Below, piece after piece: positions 8,581 to 19,900 of a DNA stretch of 64,000 bases (within the stretch, counting starts at the first letter, position 1; each line of letters starts with the position of its first letter). The notes beneath the pieces were generated by a model. The model worked only from the letters and a program-made list of their open reading frames with translations, searched no databases and was not told the origin of the DNA. The stretch is from Candidatus Eiseniibacteriota bacterium (GTDB taxonomy: Bacteria; Eisenbacteria; RBG-16-71-46; JABDJR01): contig CAVXKA010000001.1 of assembly GCA_963762255.1 (NCBI GenBank), positions 608,001 through 672,000 on the forward strand, read 5' to 3'. The position numbers were made by a program, and so were the translations under genes.

Positions 8581-11500
8581 TCAGGTCGTTGCGCCTGCTT
8601 GCAGGAACGCCGCGGATCGCGTTCTGCGGCGTCCCACGGGTCGGCGATCTCGACGAACGCCCAGCGCCCGAAGCCGCCGTGGTTGTTGACCGCCGGCACC
8701 CAGAGCGTCGCGCGCCGTGGCGACCTTGGCCGCCTTGTCCTTCTTCTTCTCGCCGGTGACCTCGACGATCAGGTTCAGCAGGTCGTCCGCGCCGTGCCCG
8801 TCGTCGATGCAGGCGATGAAGTCGGGGATGTACGTTCCGCTCCTCGCCGTTCGAGCGTGTAGGGGATGGTGAAGCCCGAGGTTGTGGTTCTTGACGTAGC
8901 GGACGACCTCGGCCATGTCCTCCAGCGCCTGCGGCCATCTTCTGCTCCCAGGAGTCGGTGTCGGCGACGACGTGGGAGATGTGGCACTTGTCGTCGCGCG
9001 GTGGCGTAGACCGGCCGGGTGGTGTCGAAGTCCACGTACCGGGTGGAGCCGACCGGTGTCGTAGGGGCGCAGGATCGGCTTGAGCGCGGCCGTCGCCGTC
9101 CGTCGACGGCGACGATGGCCTGGTAGATGCGGTCGGCGGCGTCGTGGGCGAACTCGATCAAGCAGCAGCAGCTGCGGGAAGGTGTTGTCCTTGCAGCGTG
9201 ACGCACTCGGCCAGCCAGCGCTTGGCGATGCCGAGCAGCTGCGGGAAGAGCCAGGGCTTGTCGTTCGCCGTCGTCGTCGCCGGAAGTACTTCTCCAGCGT
9301 CAGCTTGGCCAGCAGGAAGGCGACCTCGTTGGGCCGGCGTCGTCTTGAGGTCGTCGAGCGTGTGGATGCTCGATCTCGCCCGACGATGCGGCGCGTTCTC
9401 GGTCTTGGTCGGGATGTCGCGCGGTCGAGAGCGCGCAGCGTGGAGTCCTCGGTGAAGGTCGCCGTCGAGCCGCTCGCTCGGCGATGTCGTAGCGGTAGCC
9501 GAGCAGCCGCGGGAAGGTGATCTCGCAGGCGATGCCGCTCCTCGAGCGCGCGCACGCGGGTCGGCATGCGGGCCGGGCTTGGGGTCGGCCGTCGACGCCG
9601 CTGCACGGGATGAACGAGAACGGCACGCCGTAGACCTCGGCGTACTCGGGCTCGAAGTGGCCGTTCGTCGTTGGCGGCGTAGCTCATGCGCCGCAGGCCG
9701 CGGCCGACCACCTGCTCGCAGAGGAGCTGCGTGCCGAAGGCGCGCACGCCGAGGATGTGGGTGACGGTGTTGGCGTCCCAGCCCTCGGTGAGCATGGAGA
9801 CGCGACACGACGCACTTGACGTGCTCGCCGAGCTTGCCGGGCTTGCCGACGGTGTTCATCACCTCGCGGAGCAGGTCTTCGTCGGTGAGGTCCTCGGCGT
9901 CGCGGCCGGGGAAGCGCTGCGCGGTACTCGGCCTTGAACTCCTCGATCTCCGCGGCGGCGATCTTCTTGAAGTCGGCGCTCATCGCCTCGCCGGATTCGA
10001 GCTGCTGGCTGTCGACGAGGATCGTGTTCGGGCGGTCGCGTCCAGCCGCCGTGCCGTCGTCGTTGCTGAAGAGCGGCAGCTTGCCCGGCACTGGACGACG
10101 GTCTGCCGTCCGGCATCGTGCTTCTCCCAGCCGGCGATGTAGTCGAAGACGAGCTTGGAGACATTGGTGTTGTTGCAGACGACGATGAAGACCGGCGGCG
10201 TGAGCGCCGCGGGCGCGGGCCTCGGCGTTCTGCCTCCCACAGGCGGTAGTACTTCTCGTAGTTGCCGTAGAGGCTGTGCAGCGCGCCCTGCGAGCTCCGC
10301 CGGGAGCTTCGGCTCGCCGCTCGACGGCGTCGGTCTTGCGCCCCTTCTTCGGCAGGTCCTCGCGGATGCGCAGCCAGAGGTCGCGGTAGGTGGGCTGCTC
10401 GCCGGTCATCGAGTCGTCGGCCACCGGCACGCGCGGCACCTTGACGATGCCCGCCTCGATGGCGTCGATCAGCGAGAAGTCGGAGACCACCCAGGGGAAG
10501 AGCGTGCCCTCGGGGTAGCCCGAGCCGCGCAGGAAGAACGGCGTGGCCGAGAGGTCGTAGATCGCCTTGACGCCGATCTTGCGCCTGCACCGCCTCGAGG
10601 CCGGAGATCCAGACGCGGGCCTCCTCCTCGCGCTTCTCGGCCTCGCTCGCGCTCGTCGCCGGTGAGCTTCTCCGTCCTCGGCCGTCGGGCTTGCGGCGGT
10701 AGCAGTGGTGCGCCTCGTCGTTGATGACGACGATGTTCTTCTTGGTGCCCGAGCTCGCGGCAGACCCGGCGCACCATCTGGTCGGGCGTCTCGGTGAACG
10801 GGCTCGTGGCCTCGCCGCTGGCCGAGGATCTCCTTGGTGAGCTTGCCGCGCCGTCGACCTTCTCGCGCAGCAGGAAGGCGTGGAAGTTGGTGATGACGAT
10901 CTTGGCCTGGCCGAGCTGTCTCGAGCTGGTCGGGCGGCACGATGTCGCGCTCGCGGTAGTAGTTGCCGGGGTCGTTCGGCAGCAGCACGCGCAGCCGGTC
11001 GCGGATCGTGATGCCCGGGCGTGACGATCGAGGAAGGCGTCGGAGAAGCGGGCGTCCTGCGGGTTGGCGAGCTTGTTGAGCGCCTGCCAGGCGATGAGCA
11101 TCGCCATGACGACGGTCTTGCCGCGAGCCGGTGGCCATCTTGAAGGCGATGCGCGGCAGAGCCCGGGGTTGGCGGCGTCGTTCGCCTCGCGGAGCTCGTT
11201 CTCGATCCAGGCGTCGCCGTACTTGCGGCGCGACCTCGGTGAGGTAGATGGCCGTCTCGAGCGCCTCGATCTGGCAGAAGAAGAGCTGCTTCTCGCGGTC
11301 GGGGTCGGTCCAGTAGTGCGAGCAGCCGCGCGGTGGTCGGCGTGACGCCCGGCGTAGCCGCCCCTGCCGCCAGATCGGCGACCCGCTCGCGGATCTGGTT
11401 GATCGAGCTTGTTCTCCTCGATCCGGTCCTGCGTCCACTCGGTGTCGAACGACGAGCTGCGCCGCCCTTCTTCTTCGGGCCTGGGCGATCGGGACGAAGT

Positions 11501-11627
11501 AGGAGCTGACGCGCGCGCGCCCTCGACGATCTCGTTCGGTGATGCCCTCGTCGGCGAAGCGGAAGTGCCGCGTCGGCTCCGCGAAGGGCGAGTTGAGGAT
11601 CGGGTTCTCGATCGTTACGTCGGCCAC
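8581..11627 (-). CDS. res: Type III restriction endonuclease (Res, BPTD_3080-like), multiple frameshifts
   Basis: [30 protein letters not shown](GKT), [32 protein letters not shown]...NLIVEVTG (PD-(D/E)xK-like). Confidence 0.9.
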
Positions 11628-11786
11628 GGGGTGGGCTCCCGGTTGCTACGTGATCACGGCCTCAGCGCACCCGGTTGGGGGAATCCGGCGCAACTATGGC
11701 AGAGCGGCCTCACGGGTCGGGTCGCAGCATACCGCACCGCACGGGCAGGCCGCCACCGCGCCAGAGTGTACGTCACCGATCACGGG

Positions 11787-12254
11787 CTATTGGGGGATCG
11801 TCTCCGCGAGGAACACTCGGAGGCGATCGATGATGGACCCAAGTGCGCGACCTGCATCCAGGGGCTGCCCCTCTCCGACCACGTTGAATTGTACCGGGTC
11901 GGTCTCCATCTCAATCACGACTGGTATCACCTGGTACCGGCGCTCCGTCGGGTCAAAGACAACCTCGAACGCCATTCCTCGATCCTCATTGGTCCCCAGC
12001 AATCGCGCGCTCACTCCCTCGTCCTCATGAGGATGTCGCGCCACAGTGTCGGGGTGGCTAAACCCATCGCTCCGAACGCCCGCCAGTTCCTGACGCAAGA
12101 TCTGTCGAATGGATCTGAGGACCGGTTCCAATCGCCTCCCCACCGGCTCATCGTGTTCAGCCTCGATCCCCTTGCTTGCTGCGGGGGATTGCGTCCTGTA
12201 GGTGATCAAGTCGTAGCCGTCATCGCCCTCGTTGTAGCGCAACTCGAAGATCAC
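11787..12254 (-). CDS. Hypothetical protein (155 aa)
   Basis: Protein-like ORF with GAGGAGG RBS, co-oriented with neighbours; no motif recognised. Confidence 0.55.
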   Translation of the reverse strand: MIFELRYNEGDDGYDLITYRTQSPAASKGIEAEHDEPVGRRLEPVLRSIRQILRQELAGVRSDGFSHPDTVARHPHEDEGVSARLLGTNEDRGMAFEVVFDPTERRYQVIPVVIEMETDPVQFNVVGEGQPLDAGRALGSIIDRLRVFLAETIPQ

Positions 12255-12296
12255 GCATCCTCCTCGCTCGTGGCAGCCTTCGCCGCGGGGCAGACC

Positions 12297-13365
12297 CTAC
12301 CCACCGAACCTCTGCTTCAGCTGGCCCCAGGTGGTGGGGACAACTGGAATCCAATCGTCCACCAGCCAACACGCAGACCTAAAGGCCGCCTGGAGATCTG
12401 GAGTCAAGGACCAGAAGAATCCAGGATCATAGGACACGTCTGGACCGCCCTGACTCGTCCAATCCCGCAACACGATCACGGAACCAGTTACCGAGAGCTG
12501 ACCCTGAACGTCATCCACATCGCGGGTGACGTAGAGGAGCGAGGGATTCACGGGCGTGCCAAGTGCGACCTGGCAGTTCGACTGGTCGAGGTTGTGCGTG
12601 ATGAGCGAAATACCGTTGACGGGCTCGAACGCCAGCAGAGTGGCAAAGTACGTCCAGCCGCCGGTCCAGTTGTTCCAATCGAGGCGGTCGCCGCCCGGAA
12701 ATCCGATGTAGCGCGAGTTGATGATGGTGGCGGTGACCGACGCGGTGCCTGAGCTCGACCTGAGTTCGATGTCAGCGGTCGACGGCGTGCTTCCGTAGAA
12801 GGTGCCAAAGTTCACAACGACCGCGGTGTGGCCGGCATCGAGCGCGAAGAACGCTCGAGTTCTGTCCAAAGAAGTAATCGACCGCGGGTATGCCGCTAAT
12901 GTTGCCGTCGATGTTGTACCGGAACACATGATTGGTAGTGTCGTACGTCGTCAGCGGGGTCAGCACGTTTGGAAGGGACGCGGTGATGTCGTTACCGTTT
13001 CGGTCGAAAATGAGCGCCTCGGTTTTCGCTGGAATGGTAGGACCGCCCTTCGGCGTGTACCTGCCCCTCACGTAGTAGTAGGTCGCGTTGGGGAAGTACT
13101 CAGGCTCGGTGTAGATCGCCGGGGAACCAATCTCGAATCCTTCGGAATGGGTGCCACCGCACGTCAGATGATCGTCATTGGGACCGAAATCAACGTCACC
13201 ATTGGCGTGGACGTGTCCGGAGATGCAGATGTTGCCCTCCGCCTGGATGTCTCCCATACACACCAACGCGTAAGGGAGTCGCTGCTCACAGGGTGTCTGG
13301 CTCAACACAGACGCCGGGGCCGCAAGGACGGCCAACAGAATCAAAGAACACCTGAAGATTGCCAT
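12297..13365 (-). CDS. Secreted protein with C-terminal TTWGQLKQRF tail (frameshift ~12850)
   Basis: Signal peptide MAIFRCSLILLAVLAAPASVLS; ORFs 12772..13440 and 12297..12929 join at FFGQNSSV/FALDAGH. Confidence 0.7.
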
Positions 13366-13508
13366 GTGAATCACGGCCTCCGAGGAGGCATGGGGTGAAG
13401 ACATCTTAGCACCGCCCGCAAGCTGCACGACGGCCCGCACCCACCCTTGACTCGTGCAGTTGAAGAGCAGCTCGAAAGACCGTCGACTCCAGCGACTTCA
13501 GGCTCTCG

Positions 13509-14704
13509 TCACTCGACAAGAATCCCGCCGACCTCGGCAGCCCCCTTACGCAATACACCAATGGCGTAGTCCAAGTCACTCTTCAGGTGGAGGGACGACA
13601 CTGCGGCTCTTAGCCGGGCAGTGCCCTGCGGTACAACCGGATATGGTATGGCTTGAATGAACAGCCCACGCCTCTGACAGTACCGGGCCAGCCTCCAAGC
13701 CTGCCAATCATCCCCGCAGATGATGGGAAAGATCGCGGTCTTACTGTTCAAGAATGGAAGTCTTGCTTCACGCAGATGTTCTGCGAAGTACGAGGCGTTC
13801 TCGTGAAGCATGCGTACCCTCTCCGGCTCTTCCTCAATTACCTCAAGCGCAGCGAGTGCAGCTGCGGCTGCAGAGCCGGGAGGGCGCCTGAATAGATGAA
13901 CCCCCGAGCCTGGCATTTCAGTAACTCACACAGGCGCTTGCTGCCGGCCACATAACCACCGACGCTCGGGACGGCTTTGCTGAAAGTCCCCATCTTGATA
14001 TCGATGCTGTCCGGATGAAGGCCGAAGTGCTCTTCAATACCATGGCCAGTGCGACCCAGAACGCCAAGAGAGTGTGCCTCGTCGACCATGAGCAATGCGT
14101 CATACTGCCTACAGAGACGACTAATCTCTGGCAGGTTGACTATGTCGCCGTCCATGCTGAAGACGGCGTCGACCACGACAAGTTTCCGGCCGCGGTTCGC
14201 TGGAGCTTCGAGACACTCCACCAGATGTTCCATGTCATTGTGCCGAAAGCGGACCAAGTTCGCCTGCGACAGCTGGCAACCGTCCATGATGCTGGCGTGG
14301 TCCAATTTGTCGCAGAACACTGTGTCATGCCTACCAAGTAAGCAGGCGATTGATGAAACATTGGCGACGTAGCCGCTGGAAAACGTGGCCGCCGCTTCGG
14401 TTTGCTTGAACGCCGCCACCTTCTCTTCTAGGCGCTTGTGAATCTCGAGCGTGCCAGACAGAAGTCGGACGCCATGCGTCCCGGTGCCGAACCGGTCGAT
14501 CGCCTCTTGCGCTGCCCGGTTGATCTTGGGATGCCCATTGAGTCCGAGGTACGAATAGCTGCCGAACATGAGCATTTCGCCATGGCCGGACACCGTGGCT
14601 CTGAAGTCAGCGGCGTAGGACTCAATCGGCTCCAGATAGAAGTAGAGATCTTCGTCACGGACTCGCTGCAGCGGCCAATCGGGCTCGAAATTCCACCCAT
14701 CCAT
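13509..14704 (-). CDS. Alpha-oxoamine synthase family PLP enzyme (serine palmitoyltransferase/BioF-like), frameshift ~13880
   Basis: MFGSYSYLGL, DHASIMDG, VFSMDGD, DEAHS, GTFSKA, ARLRAAV. Confidence 0.85.
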
Positions 14705-15083
14705 TCAGGGCCTCCCAAGAGCCTGCTCACCTCGCAGAAACGGATGAATCAAAGCGCAGTGGAAGACCGTCGCCTTCCAAAGGCATTGCACTATAGCATC
14801 GTCCACAAGCCACGCGAGTACTCGTCTCGCATTCAATAGCGACAGAGAATTCAGCACCGCATCCAACAATGCGTCTCTGAGTCAGACCACGACATGTGGC
14901 AATCCGGGGGGGCAGACGGCGGGCACGTGGGACAGCCCGTGGGCAGTCCTGGGGCTCCACGTGCATGCCCTTAACGGGGCAGAGGTGCAGCGAAGTCCAC
15001 CTTACTCGCGAGGACTCAGGAGGTTAGCGGATGGGCATGCTCTGCCCCTAGATGCGGCACGTCCCCGGTTGGGCTCGATTTCG

Positions 15084-15129
15084 TGCCCCATTATCGGGGT
15101 CATTCCGGATGCGGATGTCCCATTATCGG
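15084..15129 (+). repeat. Two 14-bp direct repeats TG(C/T)CCCATTATCGG, 32-bp period
   Basis: 15084-15097 and 15116-15129, directly upstream of the recognisable serine recombinase sequence. Confidence 0.7.
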
Positions 15130-15178
15130 CCTTTGCGCCGAGGCCACTGACGCAAAACGGGCGCTTGGCCAAAGTGCC

Positions 15179-16681
15179 ATGCCCCAAGACGACCCCGCCG
15201 TCAAGCGCGGCTGGGACGCCATGCTCTACGACGAGGGCGGCGTCAGCGCCGAGACCATCGGAGCGCGTCCCGTCATGAAGCGGCTGCTCGACGATGTCGC
15301 CGCCGGCCGCATCGACCTCGTTGCCGTGGTCGAGATGGAGCGGCTCTGCCGCGCCTCCGACCTGCGCGATTGGGCGACCATCAGCACCACGTTCCGCGAG
15401 GCCGGGACGCTGGTGGCCACCCCCGAGCGCATCTTCAACCTCGAGACAGCCGAAGACGACTTCGAAGCGGACCTGCGGGGCATCCTCTCCAAGCGCGAGA
15501 AGCGCAAGCTCCTCGAGCGCACCCACCGCGGCCTGGAACAGGCCCGCGATGCCGGGCGGTTCATCGGGGGTCAGCCGATGCTCGGCTACCGCTACGATCA
15601 CGCTACCCGCAAGATCGTCCCCGACCCGGAGACGGCCCCCTTGGCCCAGCGCATCTTCGAATCCACCCTTGGGGCCTGGGCACTCTGCCGCCAGCTGCGC
15701 AGCGAAGGGATCACCGTCGGGTACCAGAAGATCGAGCGCATCCGCACCCATCCCTGGTACGTCGGGAAGCGGGTCAACTCGGAGGGGCGGCTGATCGATG
15801 CCGACTGGCCCGCCATCATCGACGAGGACATCTGGCGGAAGTGGCAGAGGAACCCGAGACGGCTCGCCCGCCGCGTTGCGCCGAACGCGAAACCCACGTA
15901 CTTCCTCTCTGGCATCGTCCGGTGCGCCAACTGTGGCAAGGCCGTTGTCGGGGCACCCATCCAACCCTCCAAGACGGGCATGCCGCTCTTCGTCTACAAG
16001 TGTTTGGAACCGCGCAGGTGTCCGGCGAAGGGAGGCCAGCTCTCCGGCTGGCTCGTGGACCTGCTCGTGCTGGATGCGCTCAAGGCGCACGCCGGAGATC
16101 CGGAGGTCTTGAAGGACCGCTACGCCCGCGCGATGGAGACGGCGGGAAGTCGGGACGCGACCGCCGAGCGCGATGCTCTGAAGGCTCAGGTACGCGACCT
16201 CGAAGCCCGGCAGGCCCGTCTCGTCGACGCCGTCGAGCAGGCGTTGCTGCCGGACCACATCGTCCGCAGGCGCCAGAAGGCGCTCGACGCCGAGATGAAG
16301 CTGGCGCGCAGCCGTCTCGACGCGACGGTGGACGCCACGATCATCCCGTCTCTGCCGGACCTGCGGGCGATCCTCGCTCTGGCCGAGGGGATCGAGACGG
16401 CAGGCCGCGACGGTCAGCGCGAACTACTGGAACGCCTCGCCACCGCCGTCGAGATCGATCCACGCACGCGAACGGTGACGGTGACCTGGCGGCTCGGCGG
16501 CGAGACCCGGTATCGGGTTCCGCTGTTCCGGGGCGGGCAGGGGCGGAGCGTCGGAGAGCTTCATGGAGCGGGTGGCGGCGTCGCCGGGGGACTTCCTCGT
16601 CCCGTAGAGAGCTTGGCCGGGGAGGAGCATCGCAAGAATGACTCGGCGGGTCGGCTAGACCAGCGGCCTCGACATACTTGA
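15179..16681 (+). CDS. Large serine recombinase, apparently lacking the N-terminal catalytic-Ser segment
   Basis: KRGW..LYDEGGVS...RPVMKRLLDD..GRIDLV...ERLCR, GGQPMLGY, Zn ribbon LSGIVRCANCG...YKC, coiled coil; no YxRxS found upstream; start uncertain. Confidence 0.8.
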   Translation: MPQDDPAVKRGWDAMLYDEGGVSAETIGARPVMKRLLDDVAAGRIDLVAVVEMERLCRASDLRDWATISTTFREAGTLVATPERIFNLETAEDDFEADLRGILSKREKRKLLERTHRGLEQARDAGRFIGGQPMLGYRYDHATRKIVPDPETAPLAQRIFESTLGAWALCRQLRSEGITVGYQKIERIRTHPWYVGKRVNSEGRLIDADWPAIIDEDIWRKWQRNPRRLARRVAPNAKPTYFLSGIVRCANCGKAVVGAPIQPSKTGMPLFVYKCLEPRRCPAKGGQLSGWLVDLLVLDALKAHAGDPEVLKDRYARAMETAGSRDATAERDALKAQVRDLEARQARLVDAVEQALLPDHIVRRRQKALDAEMKLARSRLDATVDATIIPSLPDLRAILALAEGIETAGRDGQRELLERLATAVEIDPRTRTVTVTWRLGGETRYRVPLFRGGQGRSVGELHGAGGGVAGGLPRPVESLAGEEHRKNDSAGRLDQRPRHT

Positions 16682-16930
16682 TGGTGATCTGAAAGCGGAT
16701 TCTTATGATATGGTCTCAGTCAGCCTTGAGCACAACCCCCTGCATCATGGCTGCTGCGATCACGAACGTACTCTGGGCCGCTCCGGATTGCACTGATTCC
16801 CAAGAGCAACTGGCCGTTCGATAGCGTCCCGGGTCTTGATGCACGAGATTCCCCTGGTGGGCTGACGAACTGGACTCTGCCTCCTTGACATCTCCAGCCG
16901 CCTCGCTTGCAAGGGGAGGGGGTATATATC

Positions 16931-19900
16931 ATGAGGCGATCGTTCGTCATGGGGATGATTGTTGCCGCGCTGTGTCTCCCATGGCTCGTGTACTTCAACA
17001 CGCCATTGGCAAGCGGGCTCCGTGGACCGAGTCCGACCCGGAGCATTGACTGGCGTGTCGATGTCCACGACGCGGGAACTGCTGACGTTCCTCGGGTGAT
17101 CGCGAGACCACCGCTCGATCCGCTTTCGGTGACCACGACGGCTGGAGTGTGGCGCGAGACCACGCCACCCCAGCGCTATAAGCACGTTGCATGTTTCGAC
17201 CCGGTCGGTCGCCGTATGCTCTTCATCGGAGGTCAAGACGATTGGCCTCGAAACGCGCTTTACGCGATCGACGCAGATGCTCCCGGGGAACCGACGGAGG
17301 TGACCGTCGGGGGCGACCCGCTCCCCGGCCTGACTGACGCTTCCATCGTCTACGACTCGCGGCGGCAACGCGTCCTGGTCTTCGGTGGCGACAAGCTCGA
17401 TTACTACGCGGGCGACCTGGGCGTTACCAACAACGTGTGGGAAATCACTCTGGACGCCATCCCCTCCGGGCGTCTTCTAACCCCGCAAGGGGAACGACCT
17501 CTTCCACGCAAAGGACACGCCGCTCTCTACGATCCGGTGCGGGACAGGATGGTCGTCTATGGAGGTTCGGCCGGAGCCGATGAGGTATGGGCCCTGGAGC
17601 TGAGTGGGCTTCTCCGGTGGGTCCGTCTCGATCCATCGGGTGTCGCGCCGGCCGGCCGTTCCGGACACGGGGTTCTGTATGATCCCGAAGGGGATCGCAT
17701 GATCGTGATCGGAGGGGGGAATGGACCCACCGAGATTGACGTCCTGGAGTTTGCCGGGGGGGAGACGTGGCGGATCCTGTCGGCAGGTGGGACGCCGCCC
17801 AGCCTGGGGAGTAGCGATGCCGCAGTGTTCGATTCCAATCGCCGGGGCGTCCTGACCTTTGGTGCGGGCGCTGGGAACGAGACCTGGGAGCTCCTGCTTA
17901 ACGACAACAGCGCCTCGTGGGTTCCTATCACGGTGGCGGGAACAAAACCGGGTGCCCGGTACTGGCACGTGGCCGCGTTCGATCCCGTGGCCGACCGGAT
18001 GATGGTTCACGGTGGCATGCTGATTCCTGGACCTGTCCTCAGAGACGCCTGGGTCCTGAACTTGAGTGGCGTTCCGACGTGGCAGCAGATCTGTCCCGTG
18101 GATCCCATGCCTTCCGAGCGCTACCTTGCCGCGTTCGCCGAGGACTCGAACCGGGACAGGCTCCTGATATTTGGCGGCTGGGCCGGATTGCCACCCGCCT
18201 TCAATGATTCCTGGGCGCTCTCCTTCGCCGCACATCCGAGCTGGTCGGCTTTGGCTCCGGGGGGAACCAAGCCTTCGGCACGATTTGGCGCCTCCATGAT
18301 CTATGAGACCGAGGGGGACCGGATCATCCTCTGCGGGGGCGCGACGCCCGCCAAACTGAACGACGTTTGGAGCCTCAACCTAGCCGGTTCCTCCGCATGG
18401 AGCCGTCTCTTTCCGTCGGGAAGCGCCCCGGTCGCAAGATACGCGCATACCGCCGTGTACGATGCGGCTCGCCGCCGGATGATCGTATTTGGGGGCAGCA
18501 GCGATGGCGGCTACAGGAATGATGTGTACGTCCTAAACCTGAACGGCGCTGTGTCATGGGCACTGCTGGCAACGCAGGGCGTCGCTCCGTCTGCCCGGTC
18601 CGAGCACGGCGCGGTGTTCGATGCCGCATCGGACCGCATGCTTATCTTTGGGGGATACAACGGCGCTCCCCTCCAGGACTCGTGGGCGCTCGACTTCGCC
18701 ACGACCCCCCCGACATGGACTCGGCTCGCAGACCTGCCAGTCCAAGCCCGGCGCGGCCCCTTGGTCGTCCTCGACTCGCTTCGCCGGCAGGTTCTGCTCT
18801 TCGGGGGTGACAACGATGGTAACTATGTATTTGATGTCCACACCCTGAGCCTCGCAGGCACTCCGTCGTGGTCGCGGCTCGAGCCGTTTGGCTATCCCGC
18901 GATGCCCCGTCGAAACGCGGTGGCTGCGTTCAATCGGCAGAGTCGCCGGTTCGTTGTCTCCTGCGGGGTGACCGGCTCTGCCCGCAATGACACATGGACT
19001 CTGGACTGGACCCCGCCCTCGCGGCCCACATACTGCTCTGCGGCCGATCAAGTCCTGGAGTACCAAGCCGGTCCGGGAACCAACCTTGGATCTCGGCAGA
19101 GCTGCCTTCTCGACTCGGACGGGATCGGGCTTTCCCTCGGAACCGGGGGCTCCGTGACGGTCCGCCTGGCGAGCAACGTCATCGACGGACGCGGCGACGA
19201 CTTGATCGTGTACGAGCTTGGCGCGGATGACGGTGACGTGGATGAGGAGTTCCTTGTTGAAGTCGGGAGCACCCAGAGTTCCTTCGTGACCCTGGGTTCG
19301 GGCTCAGGGGGTGCCGTCGCCTTCGATCTGGGAGCAAGTGGCCTCACCCGGGCTCGATACGTGCGCATCACCGACACGGGGCCGGCGTCGGCAGATCCCT
19401 ACCGCGCGGGCGCCGACCTGGATGCCATTGAGGTACTCAATTGTGGGAAGCTAGACTTCGCGCTGAACCGGATCGAAGTTGCACAGGCGGTCGTCTCCGA
19501 ACGCCTGGTTCAAGGAAAGCCAACGGTAGTTCGCGCTTTCCTCGAAAACACCGGTGATCCCGCCCAGGACTGGACTCCGGTGCAGGGCCAGCTCCATGTT
19601 CTTGATGGGAACGGGACCGAGCTCTACGTACGCGACGCCGCGGAACCCTTGGTCTGGCCCGTTGACGATTCGTTCGATCACGAAAGCGAGCGTAAGGGAA
19701 CCAATTCCCTCAATTTCTACCTGACCGCCGAGGAGACCAGGGTTTCGTCGCTCCGGTTCTGGGCTGACATCGATCCCAACAATCTGGTCACCGAGGAAGA
19801 TGAGCTGAACAACGACAATGCTGGGGCACCCGTGAGCCAGAGCTTCTACCTGGCGCGGTCGTTAGACATCGGATACTGCGTGGTCGGTCCTTACTGGCAG

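Noticed and set aside
5890-11627. Calling mod and res pseudogenes
   Set aside because: Single-base indels with intact motifs look like long-read error; cannot be decided without reads.
11409-12752. Long plus-strand ORFs opposite real genes (this one, 30058..31533, 34269..35801, 41112..43373, 46908..49202 and others)
   Set aside because: Antisense shadows typical of high-GC coding DNA; no motifs.
14965-15030. attC-like CCTTAAC...GTTAGCG pair upstream of the serine recombinase
   Set aside because: Core sites deviate from consensus and the arms do not pair convincingly.
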